A stretch of DNA of 63,017 nt, counting the filler, from Aduncisulcus paluster (Eukaryota), in assembly GCA_024181965.1 (NCBI GenBank). It is 6 parts of 6 records of this genome, joined end to end, with 100 filler letters (N's around TTAATTAATTAA, not from the genome) between each part and the next. Parts side by side here need not be neighbours in the genome. Positions count along the whole stretch, not along the records: positions 1 to 31,429 come from BQXS01012418.1; 5 more parts are not named here. One strand, given 5' to 3'. Below are positions 1 to 10,811 of the stretch, one piece after another; the first letter of the stretch is position 1, and every line of letters starts with the position of its first letter. Both the position numbers and the translations under genes were made by a program. Under the pieces are notes generated by a model. The model had not been told where the DNA came from. It saw only the letters and a program-made list of their open reading frames with translations, and made no database searches.

Positions 1-1731
1 GCGCAAAAACAGCCCACTTCAAATCAACAACAAGCCAAAACCATTTCTCGTTCTCCCAGTAGAATCCCAGTTCCAGAAGTTGTTGCTTCTGTTTTCCCAA
101 CCTTTTGTTCTCTTTTGGGATCCTTGACCTCTTCAGCTCAATCTAAGCTTAAACCACCCGCTTTGATTATGAAATTAATTGATAATATCTATGATGCCAG
201 ATTACGATATGAGCAACAAAATGAAATCATGAAACAAAAACTTCGGACATACCCACAAAAACATCTTGAGCAAGATCATTTTCATGGTGATGATAAATTA
301 GACCCATTTACATCATTTCCCGCCTTTGTTTACCATCATTTTAAACAACTTCATGGAGTGAACTCTATCGTTACTCAGAACTGTTGGGACCTGATGTGCA
401 ACATCATTAGCTTACGAAAAAGCGTAAATACCCCATTGTCTATTGAAATTTTTGCTCAATTTCTCTCCGAGCAACGTTCCATAGATCATTTGGCCTTCTT
501 TGTACGTACTCGTGAAGCTGTTTTAAATATCCTTGCAAAGTATGGAGTTATTTCTGAATTACCTTCTCCCTCCAAGCGCAATAGATCTCCCTTGATGAAA
601 CATCATGGGAAAGGTAGTATTATCATCGACATCCCACATAAGTATCTCGAGTTCATTGCAAAAAATATTTTTTCACAGAGGCTTGCTCTTATCCTTCTTG
701 ATAACATCCACGAACGTGTCAAGGAGCCTGATGATGTTGAGTTGAATATTTTCCTCTATGAATGCTTGGGTGTCTTCCAAGAATGTAAAATCCTTCTTGA
801 CACGACTCCCAAGACGGAACTCCGGAAACCTTATCATCCCAGCCAACCTATGCACTCCCATGAGAGGATTCCTCCCTCAGTCAGTGAGAAACCCCCTTCT
901 CAGCGACCCATGTACAGACAGCCAGAAGGTGAGAAATCGTCTGATTATTCGTCTCGAAAGTATGCCTCTGATGTCATTTCCCTTGCTGATATTCCCCTTG
1001 TTGGGCAGGGAAAGGTGAGGGAGGATCTGCCACGTGCCCTTAGTCCTTCTGGACCTGATGGGATGGGACATGGGTCTCGAAGTGAACATTATGATCAAGA
1101 TCACCTATCTGTCTCCACTGACGGGTTTGTTGAGGATCCATCGGGCGAACTCACGGAGGAACAAGCCCGACTCGGGGAGGAAGCACTCTTGTCCCAACTT
1201 CACAAGACTCTTCGGAATCTTATGGAGAAATACATCGACATTCTGCTCTATGTGGATGGTCCAAGCCTTCCCGATGATCAGATGGAGTATATCCGCTCGA
1301 AGGTGAAGGAACAGCTTGAACTTAGTCTGCAACAGGTTGCCAGCAGTGTGTTTAAGGATGTTGATGAGGAGGAATACATTCCAACGACTCCCGAGGATGT
1401 CCCTGGACTGAGTGAGGAAGCACGGTTGAAACAGAGGGATTATAAGGAGGTTTTGAGAAAAGATTTGCTTGATTTGACCAAGAACTCATATTTTATGTCT
1501 TCTAGCGATCGAGAAAGAAAGGTTGATTATTTCTGCCGAGCTCTTCTCGGATCTCCATCTCTCCGTGAACAAGTCGAGACTACAGCTGCCATGTTGCTTA
1601 CTCGTTCATTACGCGATGTAGTGATGCCAAACGAGAAACTAGATCCTCCTCAAGCGCACACTCAACCCATCGAAGACCCGAACTGTTCATTTGTTGGAGG
1701 GAGAGAGGAGAAAGTTAAGACAGAGGAATAG
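1..1731 (+). CDS. Hypothetical protein, 5'-partial; N-terminal region loosely TSNAXIP1-like
   Basis: Frame 1 is open from base 1 (gcg caa aaa cag...) to TAG at 1729-1731, so the gene starts left of the window. LIDNIYDAR...FPAFVYHHFKQLHG...IEIFAQFL resembles TSNAXIP1-type helical domains by eye only. Confidence 0.75.
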   Translation, partial: AQKQPTSNQQQAKTISRSPSRIPVPEVVASVFPTFCSLLGSLTSSAQSKLKPPALIMKLIDNIYDARLRYEQQNEIMKQKLRTYPQKHLEQDHFHGDDKLDPFTSFPAFVYHHFKQLHGVNSIVTQNCWDLMCNIISLRKSVNTPLSIEIFAQFLSEQRSIDHLAFFVRTREAVLNILAKYGVISELPSPSKRNRSPLMKHHGKGSIIIDIPHKYLEFIAKNIFSQRLALILLDNIHERVKEPDDVELNIFLYECLGVFQECKILLDTTPKTELRKPYHPSQPMHSHERIPPSVSEKPPSQRPMYRQPEGEKSSDYSSRKYASDVISLADIPLVGQGKVREDLPRALSPSGPDGMGHGSRSEHYDQDHLSVSTDGFVEDPSGELTEEQARLGEEALLSQLHKTLRNLMEKYIDILLYVDGPSLPDDQMEYIRSKVKEQLELSLQQVASSVFKDVDEEEYIPTTPEDVPGLSEEARLKQRDYKEVLRKDLLDLTKNSYFMSSSDRERKVDYFCRALLGSPSLREQVETTAAMLLTRSLRDVVMPNEKLDPPQAHTQPIEDPNCSFVGGREEKVKTEE

Positions 1732-1964
1732 TGTCGAAATATCCTCAAATGAAAATGTTATTATTGTATGAAAAACTGTTAAAGAAAATAAAATAATCGA
1801 TGATTCAGTATTGTTATGATCCATTTTCAAAATCATCACTGAATTTATTGTTTTGAAAAAATAATAGTGGATTTAAAAATGATAGTTACTCTTAAACGGA
1901 TTAAACCTATTTAATTACATAACTAATCAATTTTTGAGTCAGTAATAAATAAATCTAGAAAAAG

Positions 1965-2037
1965 AGGTCTTGCTGGGACTCGAACCCAGGTTATCGGAAT
2001 CAAAACCCGATGTGATAACCAACTACACTACAAGACC
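1965..2037 (-). tRNA. tRNA-Gln (anticodon UUG), no intron, no encoded CCA
   Basis: Reverse complement is GGTCTTG TA GTGT AGTTGGTT ATCAC A TCGGG TTTTGAT TCCGA TAAC CTGGG TTCGAGT CCCAG CAAGACC T. Acceptor, D, anticodon (TTG) and T arms all pair. A T5 Pol III terminator follows (1959-1963). Confidence 0.97.
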
Positions 2038-3056
2038 ACTGAGAGAAATATTTCAATAATATTATTTATAAATACTGAATCCAAAAACTTCAATTTTTCC
2101 CAATATAATAAAGCATTTTGTTTTGCAATAATAGTTAAATTTTTAAATCTCTATTGCTATTTTTGTATAACCCTGTAGATATCCTTTTATTCGATGACAT
2201 CCTCAGGATAGATCTAAGAAATAGGCTTTTTCTTGTAATTTTGGCTTCATATGAAGTATAGAAATGGAATATTTTGAATAAAATATTACACAAATGAAGG
2301 ATATATTTCTATTATGATTGTCCTTAATGATTCATATTGGGTATTCAACTGAGAGACAATAAGTATTACGTTCTTATACTGTACTACTCTGTGTTATTCG
2401 GGATTTGACTATACGAGGGGTGTGGCCTGGGGTCAATATGAAGGTATCACTTATCAGATCTCGGAAAACGTAGTGGAGTAAGATATCCACATGGTTATTT
2501 AGTTATTTAGTTATTTTTTGATCATAAGACATGTGATTCATTTTTCATTTAAGCAATATATATTTTGATAGTGATGATTTTGAAAATCGATCAAACTTTC
2601 TCAAAATTCAAGTTGGATATAGTTTCTTTTTGGTTTTGCTAGATGGAACCAAGCAACGATGGAAAAATTATTCGTAAATTATTTGAAGATGTTGCTAAAT
2701 GCATATCTTACCATTACCACTATAAATATATTAGCTCATACACATCAGATATACATAAACATACGGTCTGTGATTATTCGACCAGACAATTTCTTGTTCT
2801 TACTTTAGATCCTGGGAGTTTGGATGTTAAGGAACTTGTTCGATCAAATAGATGTATTGATATACCTCATACCTTTCCCCCTCAATATAAACCTCCCTAT
2901 TCCAAATGAACCTGATTTGTGTTTATGTGTTGTATTCTTATCAAGTTACAGTTTAAAAAATTATTAATTTTGAAAAAAATAATAAGAAAAAGTTGCAGTG
3001 TTAATAGTCTGTGACAATTATTTGATTAACCAATTTATTAAATATGTGTGTATAAA

Positions 3057-3226
3057 GTATTTTTAATTTAAAAAAAAACAAAATGAACAAAATTTCCAAC
3101 CAACCCTTATTGTATTTTTAATTTAAAAAAGAACCAAAATAATGAACAAAATTTCCAACCAACCCTTATTGTATTTTTAATTTAAAAAAGAACCAAAATA
3201 ATGAACAAAATTTCCAACCAACCCTT
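3057..3226. repeat. Tandem repeat, ~59-bp unit, ~3 copies
   Basis: AATGAACAAAATTTCCAACCAACCCTTATTGTATTTTTAATTTAAAAAAGAACCAAAAT is repeated head-to-tail with no unique spacers. Confidence 0.9.
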
Positions 3227-3374
3227 TCTTCTATCTAGTCACTTTTTATTTAAGCAAATTGTCACTTTTTTTTTTACCATTTTCAGGATATCCAGATAGC
3301 GTGACTGTTCAACTTTAGTCACTTGGTAACTTTTATTTACGATAGATATATTGATACCATTCTAAAGAAGCAAT

Positions 3375-4475
3375 CTATAACCCCGTATTAACAAAGCAGT
3401 TGACGTAAGCAGAAATGAAGATTGTTGTATACATTTGACAATCTAATCTATCTGTAAAACCACCGTGTCCTGGAATAGATTCTCCAAAATCTTTGATCTT
3501 TAAAGCTCTCTTTAGTCCAGAAGCGAAGAATCCTCCAAAGGGCCCAATGATTGAAATCATGATTGCAATAACACCAAAATGGAAGGTTAATGCATCGAAC
3601 ACATGTCCAAAAACGGTGATTTTTTCATCAAAGAGGATGATATTTTTTGTTTCAATGGCAACATCGCTCACTTCGGACATAATAGTGCCTCTTGAGAAAG
3701 GATTCTTTATGAATGGCAAAACATCCATTCTTGGAGCAAACATGGAAGGCCAGTTCTTGAATACTATTGGAAGAGCGATTCCACAGGCAACAGTGAGGAT
3801 GATAGCGCCCAGATAGCCCTCCCATGTTTTCTTTGGAGATAATTTGATAAGGGAATGTTTTCCAAGGGTTACACCACAGAGATATGCTCCAACATCGTTG
3901 ACAGATACAAGAATAATCCTCAAAAGAAGCCATCCAAGTCCTTGGAACAAAACAGTGTGAATACTTGCCTTGGCTGCACTAATTGTTATTAATAATCCAG
4001 TGACAATAAATGCTCCGATTTTGAACTGGTATGGAAGACAACTGCTGTTTAAAGAAAGGATATAGAACACGATAACCATCAAGACGATACAAGCCGTTAC
4101 AAATGGAAGAATTGGTTTAAAAAAGTCATTAATAATAGGATATAAACTAGAAATATAAGGGGATATCTCATCCAAGAAAATAAAACGAGTCAAAAACACC
4201 CAGAATATACCCATTCCAAATCTTTGCGAATGAAGACCATAAGTCTTTTCTTTATCCTGATTAATGGAAAGGGATAATATTTCATAAAAGACCATTCTCA
4301 TACAAAATATTTCACCGATCACAAGCGCATTTTCACCACACAAAACAAAGACGATCACCAAAACAGCCATTATTACGCCAGATAGAGCTCGAACGAGAAA
4401 TTTCTTCCAGGCAGATTGTCTTTTATCGTTTTTATGCCTATTAGATCTTTGAGCTTTTTTCTTAGAGCTGCCCAT
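3375..4475 (-). CDS. CDS1: Phosphatidate cytidylyltransferase (CDP-diacylglycerol synthase)
   Basis: Multi-pass hydrophobic protein with the CTP_transf_1 motifs SPKKTWEG and SGLKRALKIKDFGESIPGHGGFTDRLDCQ. Confidence 0.96.
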   Translation of the reverse strand: MGSSKKKAQRSNRHKNDKRQSAWKKFLVRALSGVIMAVLVIVFVLCGENALVIGEIFCMRMVFYEILSLSINQDKEKTYGLHSQRFGMGIFWVFLTRFIFLDEISPYISSLYPIINDFFKPILPFVTACIVLMVIVFYILSLNSSCLPYQFKIGAFIVTGLLITISAAKASIHTVLFQGLGWLLLRIILVSVNDVGAYLCGVTLGKHSLIKLSPKKTWEGYLGAIILTVACGIALPIVFKNWPSMFAPRMDVLPFIKNPFSRGTIMSEVSDVAIETKNIILFDEKITVFGHVFDALTFHFGVIAIMISIIGPFGGFFASGLKRALKIKDFGESIPGHGGFTDRLDCQMYTTIFISAYVNCFVNTGL

Positions 4476-5058
4476 AACACAAAATCAGAAAAATAATATT
4501 ATCAAATAATAATTCCTTTTGGGACTGATAACTTTTCATAATTATGGATGTTATTAATAATATTAATCTTGATATAATTTCAAAAGAACTGATGATGAAA
4601 TGTGAGCTCTGAGATTCTATCTCGTGAATAAGGAATTATCTATTTATCCATTTGGTGAAAATTTAATAAATAATGAAATTCATAAGAGATTATAACTTTC
4701 ATACTTTCGATTTTTTGAGTATACCTTGGAGAATCAATTTCTGAAATTGGCGCAAGCAAATATTCACCACTAAAATAATATATATTGGCAAAAATACATC
4801 GACAAAGGATATTAAAGATCGAAGATTGCAATATTATCTCTATTGCATGCATATTTGAAGATATCACGAGCTTGATCAATTTTCTCATTGGGAAGAAGCA
4901 ATATTGATATTTTTAAGCAGGATAATTTTTTCAAGAAGAAAATAACAATTCTTTTCTTCCATGAAATCTATTTTATTGGAGTCTTTTCCTGAATTGGAAG
5001 CTTTTCCCGAACTTCTTTTTTTGTTTCCATTGTTTGGAATTAGAACCACCATATAGAG

Positions 5059-7934
5059 ATGATTTTAGACATTCTTCGTGAGACCTATTCCGATAGTATG
5101 TTTTATATATTATTATCACTTTCTTCATTTATGGTTTTTGCTATATCAGAAATCGTCACTAAATATAAATCAATTTTCTTTTATTATTAATACTCAAAAT
5201 TTAGGTTACGACGCTCGTAAGGCTGCTCTTGAGAAATTAGAGAAAGCTCTGCATGATAACTATGTATGTTCCATTTTCCGTTTCTTGTTATTTTCATATT
5301 TTTTAAAACTCATTGTTTTCTTATTTTCATCATACGTATTTTTAGGGAAAATTAATTGAAGGATATTTCAGTATTTTTCGAGACGAGAGCCAAAAACTCG
5401 AAGATCGTCAATTGGTTGCTACTCAGCTTAAAAATGCAATTTCTGCATGGACCTCCGCTGACAGAGCTCTATTTTTAAGCCGGAATTGGCTAACTATTCC
5501 AAAGGAAACTCGTGCCGAATATAAAAGTCTGTTTTTGTCCTATTTGAAACATCGTTCGAGGAAAATATCTCGTATTGCCGCTCAGTTGATTGCTTCTATC
5601 GCTGTTGTTGAGCTTCCCTCACACCAATGGCCAAAACTCATTGAAAACTTATGTGCTGAGTTGAAGAAAAGAGAAATTCTCGAGTCAGATGTCTCAATAT
5701 GTATTCTTCTTTCCCTTGAATATATTTGTCAGGAACTAAGGCGTATTGGTGGGCATTGTAAGGAACAAGCTTTCTCACAGCATGACATTGACAATATGCT
5801 TAATACTCTTGTGTTTCTCAGTAATCCTGATTCATGCAAATTTGACAAGCCTATATTACGATTCCACGCCGTTTCTGTTCTTCATCCACTCTTATATTCC
5901 TGTGACAAGACCTTTGAGCGCGAGTTTGAACGTGGTGTGATTTTGAAGACTCTTTTCGGTGCCTCAAAAGATGTCAACCCTCAAGTGGCATGCAAAGCCC
6001 TGGAGTGTTTGTCAAGTGTCTCTGAGGAATATTACGAATCATTTACAAGGGATCATCTTGAGGAATTCGTCGACATTATCAAGTTACACACCCGTAAAGC
6101 CCCTGATGTCCTGTTCCCTCCTCTTCTCGCTGCTCTTATGTTTTGGAGAAGCCTTGCTGATGTCGAAGAAGGGATTGTCGAGGATGTTCGGGAACATTTG
6201 GAGGTCGAATACCGAGAGTTCGTTGTTCTAGCCATTGATACCTTGTTGCCTCTCTTTTTGCGAATGATTGCAACCGTTCAGGATGAATATGTTGACGAAA
6301 GTATCTGGGACGCATCAGCCGCGGCCGTTGTCACTCTCAAGTCCTGTGGTAAGGTCGTTGGTGTTGGGATGATTGACAAGGTGTTGATGAAAGTCATTGG
6401 GAAACTCACCAGTTCCAATTGGAAAGAGGTGTACGGATCTGTCATGGTTGCTGGTGCAGTGCTCGAGGGAATAGCCGCTGATCCCATGTCTCGTGAAGTT
6501 GCCCAGAAGGCTCGTATTCTTGAGGAAATCCAACGTATTCTTTCTGTCATGTTCAATCTTACCATCAAGACACCCCAGTGCACAGCCTCTGCCGCTATGT
6601 GGTTCCTTCAACATGCCGTTGGACTCTTCCCCAAGATTGTGACTGTATCTGATAACAATCTCCGTAACTTTGTCTTGTGTGCAAGCACTGCTCTCAAAGA
6701 TGGTGGATTAGGCTATGATATCCCTATTCTTTCATCGAACGCCTGTAACTTGTTCGCCAATATCGCTAAGGTGTTCCAGCCCTCCAAGAATCTCCCTGGT
6801 AATGACATTTCTGAGCATGCCTTCCAAGGGTATATATTCGACGTTATTGACCTTCTTTTGACCACTGCTGGGCGTTCTGACTCAACCGAAGCCAACTTGC
6901 GTACGGCTGCCCATGCTGCCATTGACGATGTTGTCCTCTGTGTTCCTAACCGAAGTCTTGATCGCCTCCCACAAGTGATCCGGAGTCTCATGCGTGAGCT
7001 TGAGAAGGCCTATGATCCTTCCCTCGACCAAGGCATTGCTGAGGACAGGCAATCCCTTGTTCTTATGAACATTGGCACTGTCATTTCGAGGATTGGTGCC
7101 GATAAGATAAACATTATTCAAAAGGAAGGGAACGGATTGATAACTGCATGCACAACCATGCTGAAAGAATCAAAGTTTACAAGTGTCCGCGAGGAGTGTT
7201 TTTCCTTGTTGTCCACCTTTGCTGAATACTTCAGGGGAAACTTTGCACCCATCTTCTGTAAAATAGCGAGAGATGTTTATAAAGCTGCTATGGACGTTGA
7301 ATACATGGGAGTTGTCGTTTCTGCATTTAGATTTATCAATGCTGTTGTAGAAAACTCCAGTGCAGGTATCAAAGATGAGCTGAAGAATATTCTTTCCCTT
7401 ATTTCAAGAGTTTACCCTTCTCTCTCTGCTACTGACACTATCAGGCTTTCCAAGGATGATGAAGAGGTCAAACCTGAGATTATTGCTTTACTTGGAACAA
7501 TGAGTCTTGTATATGGAGACGCCTTCATAAAAGAAAAGATTACTTTCGTCCTTGGCATTCTCAACCAAGCTTCTTCTGTCAAGTTTGCCAGCGAACATGA
7601 CATTGCCGGAATTGGGTATGTTCAATCTCTTCGTGTTTCTATTCTTGGTGCCTTTGATATGCTCATCCAAGGAAGTCAGCTTAACAGGAGCTCGCACCCT
7701 CTGTATCAATATGGGAAAGATATTATTATGTTCATCAAAATCTGTGTTGAGGATGAGCATGCCGATGAAGAAATATACAATGCAGCAGCTGAACTTTTGA
7801 TTGATTTTATTGAAATTCTTGGAAAGGATAATGTTCCTGATGAATTTGTGCGTAAATTTGTTACAATTCTAAAGGATCAGCATGATGATGATTGCATCAA
7901 AAACAGGGAGCACATCATCTCTCTTTATCGTTAG
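5059..7934 (+). CDS. KPNB1: Importin beta / karyopherin beta family; exons 5059-5095, 5205-5263, 5346-7934
   Basis: Splicing two GTATGT..TTAG introns gives in-frame MILDILRETYSDSYDARKAALEKLEKALHDNYGKLIEGYFSIFRDESQKLEDRQLVATQLKNAI (IBN_N-like). This is followed by AAQLIASIAVVELPSHQWPKLI, the acidic loop DEYVDESIWDASAAA and HEAT repeats. Confidence 0.88.
5096..5204 (+). other. Spliceosomal intron 1 of importin beta (109 nt, phase 1)
   Basis: GTATGT donor, AT-rich body, TTAG acceptor; removal restores the frame and the N-terminal domain. Confidence 0.85.
5264..5345 (+). other. Spliceosomal intron 2 of importin beta (82 nt, phase 0)
   Basis: GTATGT donor, T-rich body, TTAG acceptor; exon 3 is in frame with ORF 5412-7934. 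Confidence 0.87.
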
Positions 7935-8728
7935 ATTCATAAGTACAGTATCTGAGAGAAGACAAGAGTCCGTTTGAAAGAAAAAAAAAAGCTTTTCCTC
8001 TTTGAGATGTCACATCAATTGCAGCATTGTGATGCAGTTTAAAATTGTTTTAAAAAATTTTAAAAAAAAATAGAAATATATTTTCCAAAGGAGGAGTTTA
8101 CATGTACTTTCCATATAATAATGTAAATAAACCCTGAAATAATTTGTAACGCCGATTTGTTTAGCTTGAGGCCTTTTCCTTTTTTACATTGATTTATTTC
8201 CTCAACTTTCCCTCACTCAAGGAGGTAAGAAATGATGCAATAAACCAAGTTTTGGGAGAATGATAAATAAGAAAACGGCATGAAAGGAATTTTATAATTT
8301 GATATATTGGCAAATCTCGGGAGTTAGGAAACCATTTTATGTCAGGAGTGGAATAACAAGGATGGAATTCGCTACATGATCCAAAGAAAATATATATAGA
8401 ATTATATCGATTTATTCTGCAATGTTAGCATCCATTCTTATTAAATGGCGTTTGGAAGTATTTTGATTCATTTTTTTCGACTTTGAAAGAAATAGAGAAG
8501 CTATTGTATGGCGCATATCCCATTACATATATATTAAAACATATTTTATGAGTTGTCATCTGATTATATTCACTGGTTGTGCTATTGGTAGTTTTTGTCA
8601 TTTTCTCAATAATATTCACTCCTTATTTACTTTTCTCGGACTGATCTCCTTGGCACATTATTGTTTATTTTCAAAATATCTATATTCTGTTTGTTTGATT
8701 TTAGATTAAAACCGATATATCAATAATA

Positions 8729-9260
8729 ATGAGTTCATCCACAGCTGTTATTCAAATTGTAAAACCAGAGTTTATTTATGAAGGAAATTGGTTTCTTTGT
8801 CCAATACCCAGCGATGCCCCCAATATTACGGATCCGGACTTCTCATATATCAACAGCACGAGATGGAACGAGGAAGGAAGAAGGTGGATGGCATGGCTAC
8901 GACCAGAGTTATCAAGCACAAAATATCATGAAAGTAGGGTATAACAGTGGACACTTTACCCATATTTCCATTCCCTTCACATCATCATCTCCACTGAAAG
9001 GTGCATATATATGTCTCCATGCTTATTCCTCTCCACCAGCTCCTTCCTATCTTATCTTCACTCTCACTTCTCTTCAATTGGTGAGAAAATAGCCAAGAAA
9101 TATGAATTTCCTGTACTTCATGAAGATCATTGGTATTTTCTTCCTGTTGGACTCTCTGATGTTGTTTTGTGTGAGATTACGGGGAAATGAAGATACGAAG
9201 AGTGTTTTCTTATCTTTTTTCTCATTTTCATTCGAGAAGAAAGCCTTGAAGAAATCATAT
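8729..9260 (+). pseudogene. Frameshifted copy of lineage-specific 'domain A' (paralog of 42600-43741)
   Basis: Pieces in three frames (IVKPEFIYEGNWFLCPIPSDAPNI / YDQSYQAQNIMK..FTHISIPFTSSSPLKGAYICL / KKYEFP..WYFLPVGLSDVVLCEITGK*) are collinear with ORF 42759-43832, with frameshifts and a stop. Confidence 0.85.
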
Positions 9261-9399
9261 CGAGATTTTCTATTTTTAGAATTCGATCATTTAAATTGGA
9301 TTATTTTAAATGATAACAGCATTAGAAAGCAGAATTGTTGACTTCTTGGGGGATTTCCCTGTGTATATCCGTTTGTTGGGCCATTCATGGGTCGAAGGT

Positions 9400-9793
9400 T
9401 GAAATACCCATTCTCCACCTGCTCTTTTGACCTTAGTCATGTTCCTGGTAAGTATAAAAATGCCAAAAGACAGTTTTATTTCTCAGCATTTCACTCAAAT
9501 CGATCAACCTTTGAAATAGGGGTTGATCGCGTGGTTGAAAACCGTAAACCCTACAAAACTCAGTTTGTTATTCATATCATCTCTAGAATTCCGTTGACCA
9601 ATTCGTTCGCCAGCTGTTTCCGGTCGAGAAGCCGGACAAATAAACAAAAATGACATTATGTCCATCGATCAAATAATAAACAAACTTTATTTTCGAAAAA
9701 AAGTGATTTTTACCCCTAAAAACCCATTTTTACCCTAAATTTTCCCCAAGGGCCACCTGCCAGGTAGTGCAGTGGAATGCCTTCGTCTGACCA
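9400..9793 (+). repeat. Dispersed non-coding repeat, copy 1 (core 9400-9637, second block 9755-9793)
   Basis: Reverse complement of 47412-47661 and 47312-47345. Contains the hairpin CGATCAACC-TTTGAAATAGG-GGTTGATCG at 9501-9529. Confidence 0.88.
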
Positions 9794-10811
9794 TCTGTGT
9801 CTCATTTGTCCCAAATTAGTCAAAATGTAGAAATTGATCCCGATTTGACGGTAAAAAAAAATAAAATTCGTCCAGGCAAACTCAAAATCTCAGAGAGTGA
9901 ATTTGCCTAAGCCAGTGGCTTTGTGGCTGACAAATTGTGTTTAACACCACACAGGAGAACTTATGGGCATGTTGATACAGTAATTTTTATTCATTAATAT
10001 TTATTCCTTTTATTCCCTCTGAATGATTTTATCTGCAAGCTAAATTTTGATCAGGAGAAATGAGAACACTCGGAAAATTATAGATCTATTTGATTGGTCC
10101 TTGAATACGGCAAATATTTTCTAAAAAATGAGTCAGCTAGGATCAATATGCAAGGATAATGGAATTGAGAGAGATCTCACCCTTTAAAAAGTATCATCTT
10201 AACGAGTATGAATTCTGTTTCCGAAAACTCTTCAAAGAAAAAAAAATTCTAAAACGGGATACAAAATATTGATGCATTAACTATTACGAATTCCTTCAAT
10301 ATTGATAATAATTGGATATATTGTGCTAGCCTGGTTTAAATATTGTTGATTGCTTTTGATGTTTTTTTATTAATAATAGCATAATTTGGTGGCTAAAAAA
10401 ATTTAATGGGTGAAAAAATTCTTATTTTTTCATTTTTTAGGCATTGATAATGAGTGTGAGTGTTGTGAGACCTTGTTTGTCATATTGTGATATATCTATC
10501 GGAAAAAAAACCTAAGTATCCTCTCTTACGAAAACATTTGGTTGAAGCATCCAGTTTCTTCCAAATTTTTTCAATTCATTTTTTCCCTTGATATCTTTGT
10601 GATATTTCCACAAGAAAACTCCCCCAAATGCCAATCAACCATATCTATTCTGATTGTTGTGTGTATTTTTTTGTTTTGGATGGTTCTTTGGAATTCAAAT
10701 TGAGTACACTCTGACATGTATAATTCCTCACGTTATTTCTCTATCATCTCTAACGAAATTTAATTCTTTTGTCACATATTTATTTTTTGGTAATTTATAT
10801 TATTTCCAATA

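Noticed and set aside
1965..2037. Suppressor tRNA-Gln reading TAA/TAG (hexamitid-type code)
   Set aside because: The anticodon is the ordinary TTG, and long genes contain no in-frame TAA or TAG.
2643..2909. Possible kinase remnant (IRPDNFL in an alternate frame near 2775)
   Set aside because: Only one short motif is present, with no other kinase subdomain recognisable.
3057..3226. CRISPR-like array
   Set aside because: Units are contiguous with no unique spacers, there are no cas genes, and the context is eukaryotic.
4589..4612. C/D snoRNA or hammerhead-like motifs (CTGATGA, CTGA)
   Set aside because: The boxes are too close together and have no supporting stems.
9708..9746. TACCCCTAAA/TACCCTAAA as interstitial telomeric repeats
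   Set aside because: Only two degenerate units, lying in the variable middle of the dispersed repeat.
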